A DNA stretch of 63,271 nucleotides, counting the filler, from Octopus bimaculoides (lineage: Eukaryota): assembly GCF_001194135.2 (NCBI RefSeq). It is 5 parts of 5 records of this genome, joined end to end, with 100 filler letters (N's around TTAATTAATTAA, not from the genome) between each part and the next. Parts side by side here need not be neighbours in the genome. Positions count along the whole stretch, not along the records: positions 22,850 to 51,788 come from NC_069010.1; 4 more parts are not named here. The stretch is one strand, 5' to 3'. Within the stretch, counting starts at the first letter, position 1. Every line of letters begins with the position of its first letter. Of this stretch, positions 37,407 through 49,021 are shown piece after piece. Below the pieces are notes generated by a model that saw only the letters and a program-made list of their open reading frames with translations, did no database searches and was not told where the DNA came from. The position numbers and the translations under genes are program-made.

Positions 37407-37694
37407 TAAAGAATAAAAAAGTTTAGAATGGTACAACAATGCATTGTAATACAAAAAATGGACTATATACCTGTTGTAATTTGGTTATCCATAGTCCGAT
37501 GATATTTCGGAATTACAATTCCTTTTCCAGATCTTCGTAGATCTGCAGAGACTCCATCTAAGAAGATCTGAAGAAGGAAATGTAATTCCGAAATATCATC
37601 GGACTATGGATAACCAAATTACAACAGGTATATAGTCCTTTTTTTTTTTGTTTTATAGTGCATTGTTGTACCATTCTAAACTTTTTATTCTTTA
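37407..37694. repeat. Fold-back element with ~130-bp arms and a 25-nt spacer in the intron of SDR copy C
   Basis: 37407-37536 is the reverse complement of 37562-37694 with a few mismatches and indels; (TAA)n tracts lie nearby on both sides. Confidence 0.9.
37553..37610 (+). ncRNA. Putative minimal type-I hammerhead ribozyme with canonical core
   Basis: CUGAAGA (37568-37574); extra A; stem II GGAA/UUCC; GAAA (37590-37593); palindromic AUAU; AUC triplet; stem I GAU/AUC plus UCCAU/AUGGA beyond an internal loop. Confidence 0.5.
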
Positions 37695-37705
37695 TAATAA
37701 TAATG

Positions 37706-37735
<30 letters not shown>

Positions 37736-37738
<3 letters not shown>

Positions 37739-38049
37739 GCGCAAAAGAATATAGTAAAGTACCAGGACTTAGCCACTGAATTACAGGAGCTATGGAAAGT
37801 GCTGGTAAAATGTATCTCCATAGTTATAGCTTCATCAGGAACCATCCCTAAAGATTTGAACAGATGGATAGAGGAAATAGGCATAAAATCTAGATTAGTG
37901 CATCTCCAGAAAACAGTGCTACTAGGGACAGCTAACATACTTAGAAAGATTCTTCATATCTGAGGCTACTTTTTGTTGACCGATGTTAGGAATTTTTCTT
38001 TTCCCACAGTTTAATCTGTTGTGTGTATATGAAATGATGATGATGATGA
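37736..38049 (+). mobile_element. 5'-truncated R4/Dong-type LINE 3' end (RLE endonuclease C-terminus)
   Basis: KYQDLATELQELWKV...IVIASSGTIPKDL...LQKTVLLGTANILRKIL*; starts directly after a (TAA)n tract and ends in a short (ATG)n tail. Confidence 0.8.
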
Positions 38050-38097
38050 CTATATTTTCTTATCAATTATTCTGTTTAATTTTTCTTTCTGCTATAG

Positions 38098-38766
38098 GTT
38101 ATAGATACAGAAAAGCAACTTGATGTCCTGATAAACAATGCAGGTGCTAACTCAGACAAGGGGAAGACAACAAAACACGGACACAACTTTACTTTTGGTG
38201 CCAACTACATTGGACCATTCCTTCTGACCTACCTGCTTTTGGATTTGCTCAAGAAATCTGCTCCAGGCCGCATAATTAATGTGAGCTCTGTAATGCATTC
38301 TTCAATAAAAGAATCAGATATTTCTTTTCAACCAAAGAACTCATCGTCTTCAACCCATGTTGAATTTCCGAACTGGAAAGATTATGCATTTAGTAAACTA
38401 GCTCAGATCTGGCAAACAAATGTACTGACTGAGAAACTATCTGCAGACAATGTAACAGCTAATAGCATGAATCCTGGTTATGTTCATTCTGGTATATGGT
38501 ATGTTGGCGACTGCCCCATGTTTAGAAAAATATTGCTCCAAAGTTTCGGTTGGGTATCCTCGAAAATTGGTCGTTCGTCCAAGAATGCAGCGTTAACTGT
38601 TGTATACATGGCTGTTGATCCAAGTTTGGAGAAGGTCAGTGGCTGTTATTTCGAAAATGTTGAGATTTCAAAGAATATGTCTGCATGTGCCAAGAATAAA
38701 ACTTTGGCCCAGAAAATGTGGGATGTTTCTATGGATATGTGCGGACTTTCAAAGAAATTTGAATAA
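38098..38766 (+). CDS. RDH-like SDR copy C, coding exon 2 (222 aa + stop)
   Basis: Pyrimidine tract with TAG|GTT acceptor at 38097; VIDTEKQLDVLINNAGANSDKGK..., RIINVSS, catalytic YAFSK, NPG; TAA at 38764-38766; no internal stop. Confidence 0.93.
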   Translation, partial: VIDTEKQLDVLINNAGANSDKGKTTKHGHNFTFGANYIGPFLLTYLLLDLLKKSAPGRIINVSSVMHSSIKESDISFQPKNSSSSTHVEFPNWKDYAFSKLAQIWQTNVLTEKLSADNVTANSMNPGYVHSGIWYVGDCPMFRKILLQSFGWVSSKIGRSSKNAALTVVYMAVDPSLEKVSGCYFENVEISKNMSACAKNKTLAQKMWDVSMDMCGLSKKFE

Positions 38767-40028
38767 AATTACGTACAGATATGAATTGAGACTTTCCCAG
38801 GTAAAACTTAACCTTCTAGTTCTACCACCAGGTAAATAAAAGATCAGCTCACAAAAAGAACTGTGATCCATTGTTGTCTGAATAAGATCAGAAGGATTGA
38901 AAATCCAACTCCAACTTGTTTGTGAAAGTGATGCCAATCAAAAGCTGTACACACCTGATGCCTGCAGGTTTCAAGGGTCCATCAGCAATGAATGCCTACA
39001 GATGACCCCTCTAACCTACTGGTCTCAGGTATGTTGATAGCTGTGAAATTTCAAAAGAATTATTTAGAAATCTGATTTAAATAAATAAAAGAAAGGACAG
39101 AGACCCAAATCCATATTTTATATCTTTTTTTCTTCTGGACAATGTTCTGGATTTTTGTTTTTGTTATTTCTTTTAATAGTTTCAGTCATTGGACAGCATC
39201 CACAATGGGCCTCTACTCTCAAGGGCTTCAGTAGATCGGATTTAAATTCCTGTACTTAATTCAAGCTGTACTTTGTATTATTGATCAAGATTTACTGAAT
39301 GGCTGAGAGACATTTCTGACATAGAAAGACGAACAGACCAATTTACACATAAATACCAATACACACACACATATACACACACCCATGCACATGTGCGCAC
39401 ACATACACACTACACTCATGCATGTAAATACATATACATTCATACACTTGTATAGATACACCTGCATATACACATGGAGAAATGAGATGGGGTGCAGAGT
39501 GAGAATTGTTATCAAAATGAAGTGAAAGGGGACACGCTAAGTGACCCCTTGAAAAGGACGGAGGATAAGGCCTTTTTTTAAACAGGAGTGATGCTGAAAT
39601 TGCGCACAAGGCGGAATATTTCAACAAAGAATTCTTGGAAAGCAATTCTCTCAACAACAACAACTGCAGGAACAACACCCATTTCGAAGTGAAACAGACT
39701 GGAAAAAGTATCAAAGCCAATGACAACAACAACAGCAGTACTATCAATAACAACTGTGACAATACGTTTCCATAGAAACAGAAAAATTTTTTTAGGAAAG
39801 AAAGAAGAAGCCGTGTTCTCCAACAACAGGAGCTGTAGCAGCTGTGACAACGAGAAATTCAATGTATCTTACAGCAGAATTACTAAGCAAAAGGACCAAA
39901 CTGGCGCCCTTGGCTTGAAAATTACTATTGAGTCCAACTTTATCATTGTTAACCCTTTAGATGGTACTGCCGGTGGCACGTAAAAAGCACCATTTGAGCG
40001 CGATCGTTTCCAGCTTCGCCTTAAAACC

Positions 40029-40275
40029 ACGTTTTGAAACTGTTAAATTCAATAAGCATATAGATATGTGTATAAAGAGATAGATAAGTATGAATGTCTT
40101 CCTGGGGCTAAAAACAACAGTTATACCGTCTTCTAATAGGGGCCGCGACATTAGTTGACAAACATATTTTATGAATAAACTGACAGGGATAAATAGATAG
40201 ACAGATAAATAGATAAATGGATGAGAAAGTTCAAAATTTAAAATTGGGGGAGAGGGTGAAATTTGAGCCCCTTAT
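40029..40275 (-). repeat. Right arm of the ~248-bp inverted repeat pair
   Basis: Ends GGGGGAGAGGGTGAAATTTGAGCCCCTTAT. Confidence 0.85.
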
Positions 40276-40341
40276 TAAACTTTGCAACATTAATTATCAA
40301 ATATTAATGTTTGTTTCTCCTAAAATGGTGTATATTTAATT

Positions 40342-40458
40342 TTAGATACCATTGTAAAACTTTAATATATAACAGCCAAGCTAGGATGGACGGTAAAACT
40401 GTACTAATTACAGGTGCTTCTTCAGGGATCGGAAAGGCAACGGCTGAACATCTATCGC
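40342..40458 (+). pseudogene. Truncated SDR exon-1 relic upstream of copy D
   Basis: About 115 nt matching exon 1. It shares diagnostic changes (AACAGCC, AAAACTGTA, CATCTATCG) with the 35841 relic. Confidence 0.85.
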
Positions 40459-40496
40459 AAAGGTATTTATTTCGGTAGTTTCAAGGCATGCAAACT

Positions 40497-40523
40497 GATG
40501 TAATTTTAGCCAATAGGAAGCCT
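40497..40523 (+). promoter_or_regulatory. Conserved CCAAT-box element of SDR copy D
   Basis: Identical 27-mer, about 127 nt upstream of the ATG. Confidence 0.6.
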
Positions 40524-40636
40524 GCATCGTCGATAAAGCGTGTCACATACTTTTTATTTTCAGTATGCTACGCATTTTCAAGATGTACAGTTCAATTGCA
40601 TGAGATAAAAGAAAAAAACGAAATAAATAAACGACC

Positions 40637-40972
40637 ATGATTATATGCATATTATCACTAGCAGGCGTGGCATTGGGAGTTTATATCTCGTCATTGCTTA
40701 GATACCATTGTAAAACTTTAAAATATGACAGCCAAGCTCGGATGGACGGTAAAACCGTACTAATTACAGGTGCTTCTTCGGGGATCGGAAAGGCAACGGC
40801 TGAACATCTCCTCTCGCGAGGAGCCAGAGTCATCTTAGCATGTCGTAACTTAACGAAGACGAAGACAGCAGTCGATGAAATACTTTCTTCAACTGGTGTT
40901 GATCGAAAAATGGTCAATACTGTCCATTTGGATCTATCTGATCTGGACAGTGTTCGAAAATGTGCTAAAGAG
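40637..40972 (+). CDS. RDH-like SDR copy D, complete exon 1 with no exon 2 visible downstream
   Basis: 336-nt intact exon with [11 protein letters not shown] and GAG|GTAAGT donor. It is followed by a 100-N gap at 41129-41228 and then LINE/LTR debris. Confidence 0.8.
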
Positions 40973-41744
40973 GTAAGTTTTGTTGTATAGTACTAGTTTT
41001 TTCCTGTCCATGTATGTTTTCTTAATTGTGGGGCTAATGATGTTTCACACCCCTCCTTGAAAAATACATGTTTTTAATAAAAAAAAAAAGGTAAATTTTC
41101 AGATTAACACCCGCACGATTTTCACTAGNNNNNNNNNNNNNNNNNNNNNNNNNNNNNNNNNNNNNNNNNNNNNNNNNNNNNNNNNNNNNNNNNNNNNNNN
41201 NNNNNNNNNNNNNNNNNNNNNNNNNNNNCTAATTACATACATAAATACCTACATATCACTGGAACAGCCTGCTCAAGGAATTAATATGCAAGTAGCTGAC
41301 CTCTCCTTAGACACATGAACGTTTAACATAGTTCTCAGGGAGATTCAGCATGAAACAGACCGTAATACACACACACACACACACACTCATACATATATTA
41401 TTCACTTTGGTACACATGTGGGCTACCAAATAATTAACGATAAATATGTCATCTGTACAAACCTCTCTAATACATACAAAGGTAAAAATAATAGCATATA
41501 TATTTGTACATACATTTATATGTTTCCCATTGTATAGGAACCTACATATGCTTCCCGACTTGCTACACATTTATGTATACACACACCAAGCGAGTACATA
41601 TAACAATATATTTATACAGACTTAGAGTTGTATATATATATATACATACATCTACATTTAACAAAGAAGGAATTGATGCATAAACACACACTACCATGTT
41701 GTCACATCTGTTTTATTATGTATGTGTGAGAGTGAAAATTAAAT

Positions 41745-43160
41745 TGCAAAGGTGATGCCTTAGATAAAAAGAACCACAGAGGCATTAAATTGCTAGATCA
41801 AGTGATCAAAGTTACTGGGGGGGGGGGTCTATGGCTCAATTGATTAGAAATAGAATTAAACTAGAGGAGTTGTTTTGTACCTTGGAAGAGTACCACAGAT
41901 GCCATCTTCCTAGTGAGACAGCTGCTGTAAAAATACTTAGCCTTTATCGACCTGGAGAAAGCTATCGACAGTTCTCCGCTCTAATTTATGGTGGTCTCTA
42001 AGGAAGTTAGAAGTAGAAAAGTGGTTTGTTAGAGCTGTACAAGACATGTACAGTGGTGCTGTCATGAAGGTAAGATTCGGCCATGAATACAGTGATGAAT
42101 TTAGCATATAGGTAGGGGTTCACCAGGCTCAGTTCTCAGCCCACTCTTATTCTTTATAGTCCTCCAGGCCAAAACAGAGGAATTCAAAACTGGGTGCCCA
42201 TGGGAACTGCTATATGCTGATGACCTTGCTCTTATTGAAGAATCTGTAGCAGAATTGGAGAAGAAATTCCTGGTATGGAAACAAAACCTGGAATCAAAGG
42301 GCCTTAAAGTTAACCTTGCAAAGACCAAAGTCGTTGTTAGTAAGAAAGGAGATAAAACTCTCTTTCCATCAGGTAAATGGCCCTGCTCGATATATAGGAA
42401 AGGAGTTGAAAGTAATTCCATTTGCTGCATCCAGTGTAAACTATGGATACGTAAGAGGTGCAGTGGAATCACAGGTAGATTAACAGATAAAGTCGTCTTT
42501 GTATGTAGCAGATGTGCAGGAACAATAAACACTAAGAGCACATGTGGCTTAGGTTTTCTCAAATGCCTAGGAGGATTTCTTGAGGTTGCAGATAGTTTCT
42601 GCTATCTAGGTGACCAATTTAGCAATGGAGGGAGATGCTCTGAAAGTATTGTTTCTAGAATAGGAATTGGGTGGAGAAAGTTCAGAGAGCTACTATCTCT
42701 GCTGGCAACAAAAGGACTCTCTCTCAAAGTGAAAGGTAGATTGTATTATGCTTGTGTGTGAACAGCTATACTCCATGGTAGTGAAACATGGGCTTTGAAT
42801 GCAGAAGACTTGTGTAGGCTGGAGAAAAATGAAGGTAGTAAGCTCTGTTGGATTTGTAACATGTACGACAAAGTGCAAATGTATTGAGAAAAAAGTTGAG
42901 CATTAGAGGAATCAAGTGTAGTATGCAAGAGAGAAGACTACATTGGTTTGGACCTGTGATGTGTATGAATGAGGACAGCTGCATAAAGAAGTGTCGGTCA
43001 CTGAAAGTAGATGGTACCTGTGGAAGAAGGAGACCCAGGAAGATGTAGGATGAAGTGGTAAGGACCAATCTCAGGATGTTGGGCCTCACAGAGGAAATGA
43101 CAATGAACCGAAATGTCTGGCAATATGAGGTTCTTGAGAAGATCCACCCACGTCAGTGAA
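41745..43160 (+). mobile_element. Decayed RTE-clade LINE, RT domain to 3' end
   Basis: KGDALD, AFIDLEKA, VGVHQGSVLSP, WELLYADDL (YADD at 42213-42224), KGLKVNLAKTK, YGSETW-like motif; frameshifts and stops present. Confidence 0.9.
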
Positions 43161-43754
43161 ACTGAGTTACAGAAGTGCTGTGTGTCCCATCCACACTTAA
43201 CAAGAAAACTTCTCTCACACACTCTACCACAACAAACCAAACTACATCTCAACATCTCTTCTTTTCCTCACATTTCCACTTCATGCATTATACTACTTCC
43301 CACACCCCAATCCTGTCCTCTTGGCCCTGTGCCACTGTATCATTGCTCCCTCTCCTAGCCCCCAACCTGTGTGTTCCACCCACATGCCCTGTCTCACTGT
43401 ATCATTGCTATCTGCTAGCTCCCGACCTGTATGTCCCACCCACACTTAACAAGAAAACTTCTCACACACTCTACCACAACAAACCAAACTACATCTCTTC
43501 TCTTCCTCACATTTCCAATCATGTGGTTCCAGGTTCAGTTGCGTCATATGGCAGCTTGGGCAAGTGTCTTATGTTGTAGCCTCAGGCTGACCAATGACTT
43601 CTCAGTGAATTTGGTAGACAGAAACTGTGTGGAAGCCTATTGCATTTATTTCTGTGTGTGTGTGTGTGTGGAGGGCAGCACTTGTAGCAGATTTGAACTC
43701 AAGTCATCACAGTCAAAAATTTCAACTGATTATTCTGTCAGATGTAGTAGTAGT

Positions 43755-44185
43755 AGTAGGCAGCCATCGATCTCGAGAGACATTGGATCTGCTCCTGAAG
43801 AAATCGTGACAGCTGCTGATGGTGATGCAGCATCTGTTGTAGCTGTTGAGACCCACCTGGGAATGGCAGTTATGCATGCAGTGACTCCGTTTGAAGGAAC
43901 TTTCTGCCAGCGCTACTGCTTTTTTCGTTTTGATAGCAGTAGGCATTCGTCGGTCTCGAGAGACCATGGATCTACACCTGAAGAAATCATGTCAGCTGCT
44001 GATGATAATGCAGCATCTGCTATGACTGTAGAGGCCCACATGGGAATGGCAGTCGTCACTTATACAGTGACTTCATTTGAAGGAGCTCTCTGCTAGTGCT
44101 ACTGCTTTTTTTCGTTTTGATAGCAGTAGGCATTCGTCGGTCTCGAGAGACCATGGATCTGTGCTTGAAGAAATCATATCAGATA
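43755..44185 (+). repeat. Tandem repeat with a 183-187-bp unit, about 2.3 copies
   Basis: AGTAGGCA...TCTCGAGAGAC...GGATCT...GAAGAAATC starts at 43755, 43938 and 44125. Confidence 0.9.
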
Positions 44186-45489
44186 CCACCCTCTTGCAGG
44201 ATCGTGAGACTGACTCAGTTTTTAATCTGATTGGCTCGTCTTCAGTTACGTATACCTGCCCCTCCTCTCCCGAGCAATAGCCAGCGATATATTGTAAACA
44301 AAGCGACCATCAATCACTAATTTGCAACAAGCAAAATAACTAGTTGTAAGATCTCAAGAAGAGATCAGAGTAGTAACTATACTAACAAGTATATAGATCT
44401 ACATACATATATTCCGAAGTAACAAATAGCATTACCTTTAGTTCTGTAATTATATACCGCATTTTAAGACCAGCACGTTTCAATCGCACCGATTAGTAAT
44501 CATTGCAATTACAATCATACTATAAAATGGTGCTGTCTTTTCAGAATCTTAACATATTTTCCTAGTAATAGGGTAGATCGGGGAAATGATTTTAATAGCA
44601 GCGGGTAATAACAGTTGTAGCCAAGAATAAAAAAGGCTGAAATATTAAGTAGACAGCGGAATTCAGTTGCGAATAACAACAATGGGGAAGCTAGCGTTAA
44701 GTGTAGAAAATAGTGGTACATGGGAAGCAACTAGTACAATCTGTATCCTGACAGGACTCGGCTGAAATAACAGCATGGAAACGCTAGACAGTTGCTGAAA
44801 TATGAATGATAGCACACCATTAGATATACAAACCAGGAGGAGATCTAATTAATATGAATGTCTAATATGAATTGGTAATGATAGGAGGATAGAAATTTAT
44901 GTAATTGTGGGGAAAAAAAAAATAATATCTCTCTGTTAGATACAGAATGTTTGAAGAAGAACTTGGTCTCTTTTACTCCTTTTTTCTTGTTTCAGTCATT
45001 TTATTGCGGCCACGCTGGAGCACCGCCTTTAGCTGAACAAATCGACCCCCACATAACTAAGCTTAACCCCAATTCTTTTCAATTTCTTTTAACCCTAGGA
45101 AAAACCATGTTACAATGCCTCGGAGCATTTTGACTTGATTCAACATAGATTAAACCCTTGTTTTCTGCTCTGCACTGGTGTTAAGTAGAGGTCACCCCTA
45201 GATATAAATTTGATAGCCATATCAGATTACAGCATATCTTCCTTCACTTGGTATCTTAAACTAACCACATGTAAATTAAACTTAGTTCACCTCGAACCAC
45301 GCGTGCTGAAGGACATTGAATGAAGGTGCACAGGGGATGATACTGGGTTGCATGTGTAACTGTACACACTGTATGCAGCAGAAACACATGTTGGTCATTA
45401 TAACCAAATAATTATGCTGTATAACCAACTGTAAAATTAAAAGAAAAAAAAAAATTGATCATGTTCCTGTCTCCATATTCTTTATAATT

Positions 45490-46390
45490 GTTTGTGCCTT
45501 CAGAAAGGAACAAGGCAGACATTCTATCCAGGGTGAAAAATGTCTGGTTGATGGAGCTGGAAGATTCGAAGCAGGGGATAGCTGCAGTATGTCGGATAAG
45601 TGACTTGAAACTAAGGAGAATGCATGCCATGCATCATACGGGCGTGGATAGAAACCCTGTATCTTGCCAGGAGGGTTGACACTGATGCTACTAGACAGGG
45701 CATTCGAAGAGTGGCCAGGAACTGTGATAGGTGTCAATCCATCAACCCTGCTCTGGGTGTGCATAGACAGGGAAACATCATGGTAGAATACATATGGTAG
45801 TGACACACTACTGGCAGGGGGGCATATCTCTTGATGGTTGACTGTGGGCGAGGTTGGATGGTCATTTGGAGAGAAATGAAGACAGGTACTGCAGACGAGG
45901 TTTCACGGAAACTGCACAAGATATTCCTAGAGCAGGGCCTTGTGGGCAAATTGCTGATAGACAATGACACTGCATTTTACTCAGAGATACTGAAAGAGAT
46001 GCTTCAGAGCGGCATACAGGCCGAGTGGAAATGGAATCATGGAAAGACATCATCGAAAGATCAAGGCCTTAGCAGAGAGGGGGCACGTCTCACCGCCAGC
46101 AGCAGAATTCTGGTACATGTTGCCCCAGTCAGGACAGGCCAAAGAGTTCATGCCACACAGAGTGACATTCATTCAAATATGAATGGCAGTATCTGAGTAA
46201 ACCATCAGAATACCCTGCGGAAGAGAGAGGGTTTGTCTTCATGGAGGTGGGAGATGAAGTCTGGGTGAATCCCTCCAAAGGCACACTGCACATGTCAGTG
46301 GAACAGAGGAACAGCGATGGCTGTTAATTGCAAAAATAATGCTTCTGTGAATGGAATGCTGTGTCAGATCTTGGACATTCACAGAATTGT
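45490..46390 (+). mobile_element. Decayed Ty3/Gypsy-type integrase
   Basis: HH at 45631 and CDRC at 45723-45734 (zinc-binding); LMVDCG and LIDNDTAF (catalytic Asp residues); PSGNGIMERHHRKIK (catalytic Glu), read across frameshifts. Confidence 0.8.
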
Positions 46391-46819
46391 TGCTTTACAG
46401 ACAGGAAACGCATGCAGTGATATATGTATTGTAGAACCTGGAGGGGTTAGCATTAAACTCTGGCATCGAGAGCTATACCAGTCCCCAAACTGGATGTTAC
46501 TGCGCTTTTCCAAAGGTCCCAGCCATCCCATCAAGAGTGAGGACCATGTACTGCAATAGCTTGGGATTCAAGGTCTCATGGTTATTTGACACCTTGACAA
46601 AACATTTAAGGGATCTTCATGGAGTAGGAGTAGGTTTTCAGGAAACAGCTTCACCTTCTGCTGTCCAAGGTCCCAGATGAACCTACATTATGGCAAGAAA
46701 GTCAAAAGTAGGAAGCAATATTGAACTCTTTCCCTCACCAAAAGCCAGTCCCAAAAGAATGGTTGTTGAAAAGGTGATAACACTGGTGGTTCCCCAATAT
46801 GGTCATGATCTTTGGGCTG

Positions 46820-46905
46820 GTGTAGCCATCTGGTTCGCCAGTCCCCAGTTAAATCGTCCAACCCATGCTAGCATGGAAAGCGGACGTTAAATGATGATGA
46901 TGATG
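46820..46905 (+). mobile_element. RTE-type 3' tail (CCAACCCATGCTAGCATGGAAAGCGGACGTTAAA + (GAT)n)
   Basis: The same tail recurs at about 47385-47470 and 31810-31895. The RTE association is from recollection. Confidence 0.6.
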
Positions 46906-46979
46906 ACACACACATGTATATAGAAGATAGATAGATAAATAGATAGATAGATAGATAGATAGATACAGGCGCAGGCACG

Positions 46980-47350
46980 GGCGTGGCTGTGTGGTAGGAA
47001 GGTTGCCTCCCAATCACATGGTTATGGGTTCAGTCCCACTGCGTGGCACCTTGGGGAAGTGTCTTCTACTATAGCCCCGTGCCGACCAAAGCCTTGTGAG
47101 TGGATTTGGTAGACGGAAACGGAAAGAAGCCCGGTGTGTTCGTGTCTGTGTTTGTCCTCCCTCCACCGCTTGACAACTGGTGCTGGTGTGTTTGCGTCCC
47201 CGTAACTTAGCGGTTCGGCAAAAGATTCCAATAAGTATTAGGCTTACAAAGAATAAGTCCTGGGGGTGGGGGTCGATTTCTTCGACTAAAACCTTTTTAG
47301 GCTGTGCTCCAGCATGACCGTAGTCAAACGAGTGAAACAAGTAAAAGAAT
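46980..47350 (+). mobile_element. tRNA-derived SINE, family A
   Basis: Full-length family-A body. Confidence 0.85.
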
Positions 47351-48298
47351 AAATATATATGTACATATTTATATATGAGCCTGGTGTAGCCATCCGGTTG
47401 CACCAGTCCTCAGTCAAATCGTCCAACCCATGCTAGCATGGAAAGCGGACGTTAAACGATGATGATGATGATATACATATAAGATATTCATATATATACG
47501 TGGATACTTATGTACACCACACACACACATACATGCACACACACACATATAGCTTTTATTGCCTCATCAAAAAGTGTTCAAGCGCTAACATTTAGTATTT
47601 TATCTCAATACATCGTTCTATATTTACGAATCTGAAAAGAATTTTTATTACGATCTAAAGAAATATTTCCTTTCGTTGTAAGATCCATGTCTTTTTTTCT
47701 TCCTTTACTTATAATTCCATTCCCGTTAAGAGTGCATTGTGAGAATATTAGACAAATACCAGTGGTTGACCGATTCTTAACTTTATCGACCCGACCTACA
47801 AAGATTAAAGGCGAACTGACCGCGGTGGCAGTTCAACTAAGATCGTAAGCGGCCTTAACTAAATACAGACGACATTGTGTCTATGTTTATTTTACTACCA
47901 TGTGAATCTGTAATGTAGCATGAACTACGAAGATACTTTAGATACGAAAAATCTGCCATCGCAGTTGCACGTATAGGACTATATTTTTAAATGTGTCCTT
48001 CGTTTTATTTAGCTCGTTTTGCTGCGTCTTGAACAGAGATGCTAGACGTCTGTATTTTCCAGGCCATGTCCTAGATTCAGATGTAATTTTCCCCCGGGTG
48101 GAATTTGTAAAATTCTTCAAAGTCCCGAATTTCAGCTTCCATCAGTTTAAAAAAAAAAAAAAAAAATATATAGATATATATATATATATATATGTTCTAG
48201 CCACCCAACTCCCGACAAATAAAAAATCTAGTCTGTAATGAGAGATCTGGTATATGTATGTATAAATGATAATAATAATAATAATATTAATAATCGGC

Positions 48299-48397
48299 AG
48301 GTGTTACAGAGTGACTCAAGGGCCGAGTGTTTTGTAAAACTTATCAAATAAAAGGGAATACACGAAATTTCGGCGCTTGAGTCACTCTGTAGCATCT
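48299..48397. repeat. Small inverted repeat (28-bp arms, 3 mismatches), MITE-like
   Basis: AGGTGTTACAGAGTGACTCAAGGGCCGA ... TCGGCGCTTGAGTCACTCTGTAGCATCT. Confidence 0.75.
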
Positions 48398-48975
48398 AAC
48401 GACAGTATATATACATATATTCATGTTTTGAGTTTTATTTTCCGGTTTGTATCACCAGTCACATATATACGCAAAAGGCCCAAAGTTAGTGTTGGGCGAG
48501 ATCACAGAACGTGGCATCTTGGATTCTGACTGTCCAGATACAGAAATTTTGGCTGTTATTTTTAGCAGGTTGCAGTGGTGCGACCGTCACAGCCTTCCCT
48601 ATCGTTTCCTCCTCCTCCTCACTCCCTCCTCCTTCTCCTCACTCTCTCGTTACACTGTGACACTATAAGCTCGAGAACGAGGCTGTTACAGCTCGAAAAA
48701 GCAGGAAGGCAGACATAATATTGACACCAAAACGTTGAATGTTATCCGCTGAATTATGGAATTGCTGGCCATGTACAGCGATGGAGATCGATCCGATTCA
48801 ACCGAACAAAACAGTGATGTTGGTGAAAAGGTGATACAATTTTAAAATTAGTTATTACCATTGTATTGTATTGATATATGACGATATATATATATATATA
48901 TATATACACATGATGATGTGTTTTGATGGCGGCGATGATGGTGATTATAATTTGTTCTGTCTGCATAATGAATGA

Positions 48976-49021
<46 letters not shown>

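Noticed and set aside
25672-40972. Explaining all SDR copies as uncollapsed haplotypes
   Set aside because: A versus C exon 2, the promoters and the introns differ far beyond allelic level and carry different TE insertions. Only the B/D exon-1 pair remains open to this explanation.
48299-48397. Possible third hammerhead (GTGT/ACAC stem followed by GAAA inside the inverted repeat)
   Set aside because: There is no CUGANGA-like core, or covariant of it, before stem II.
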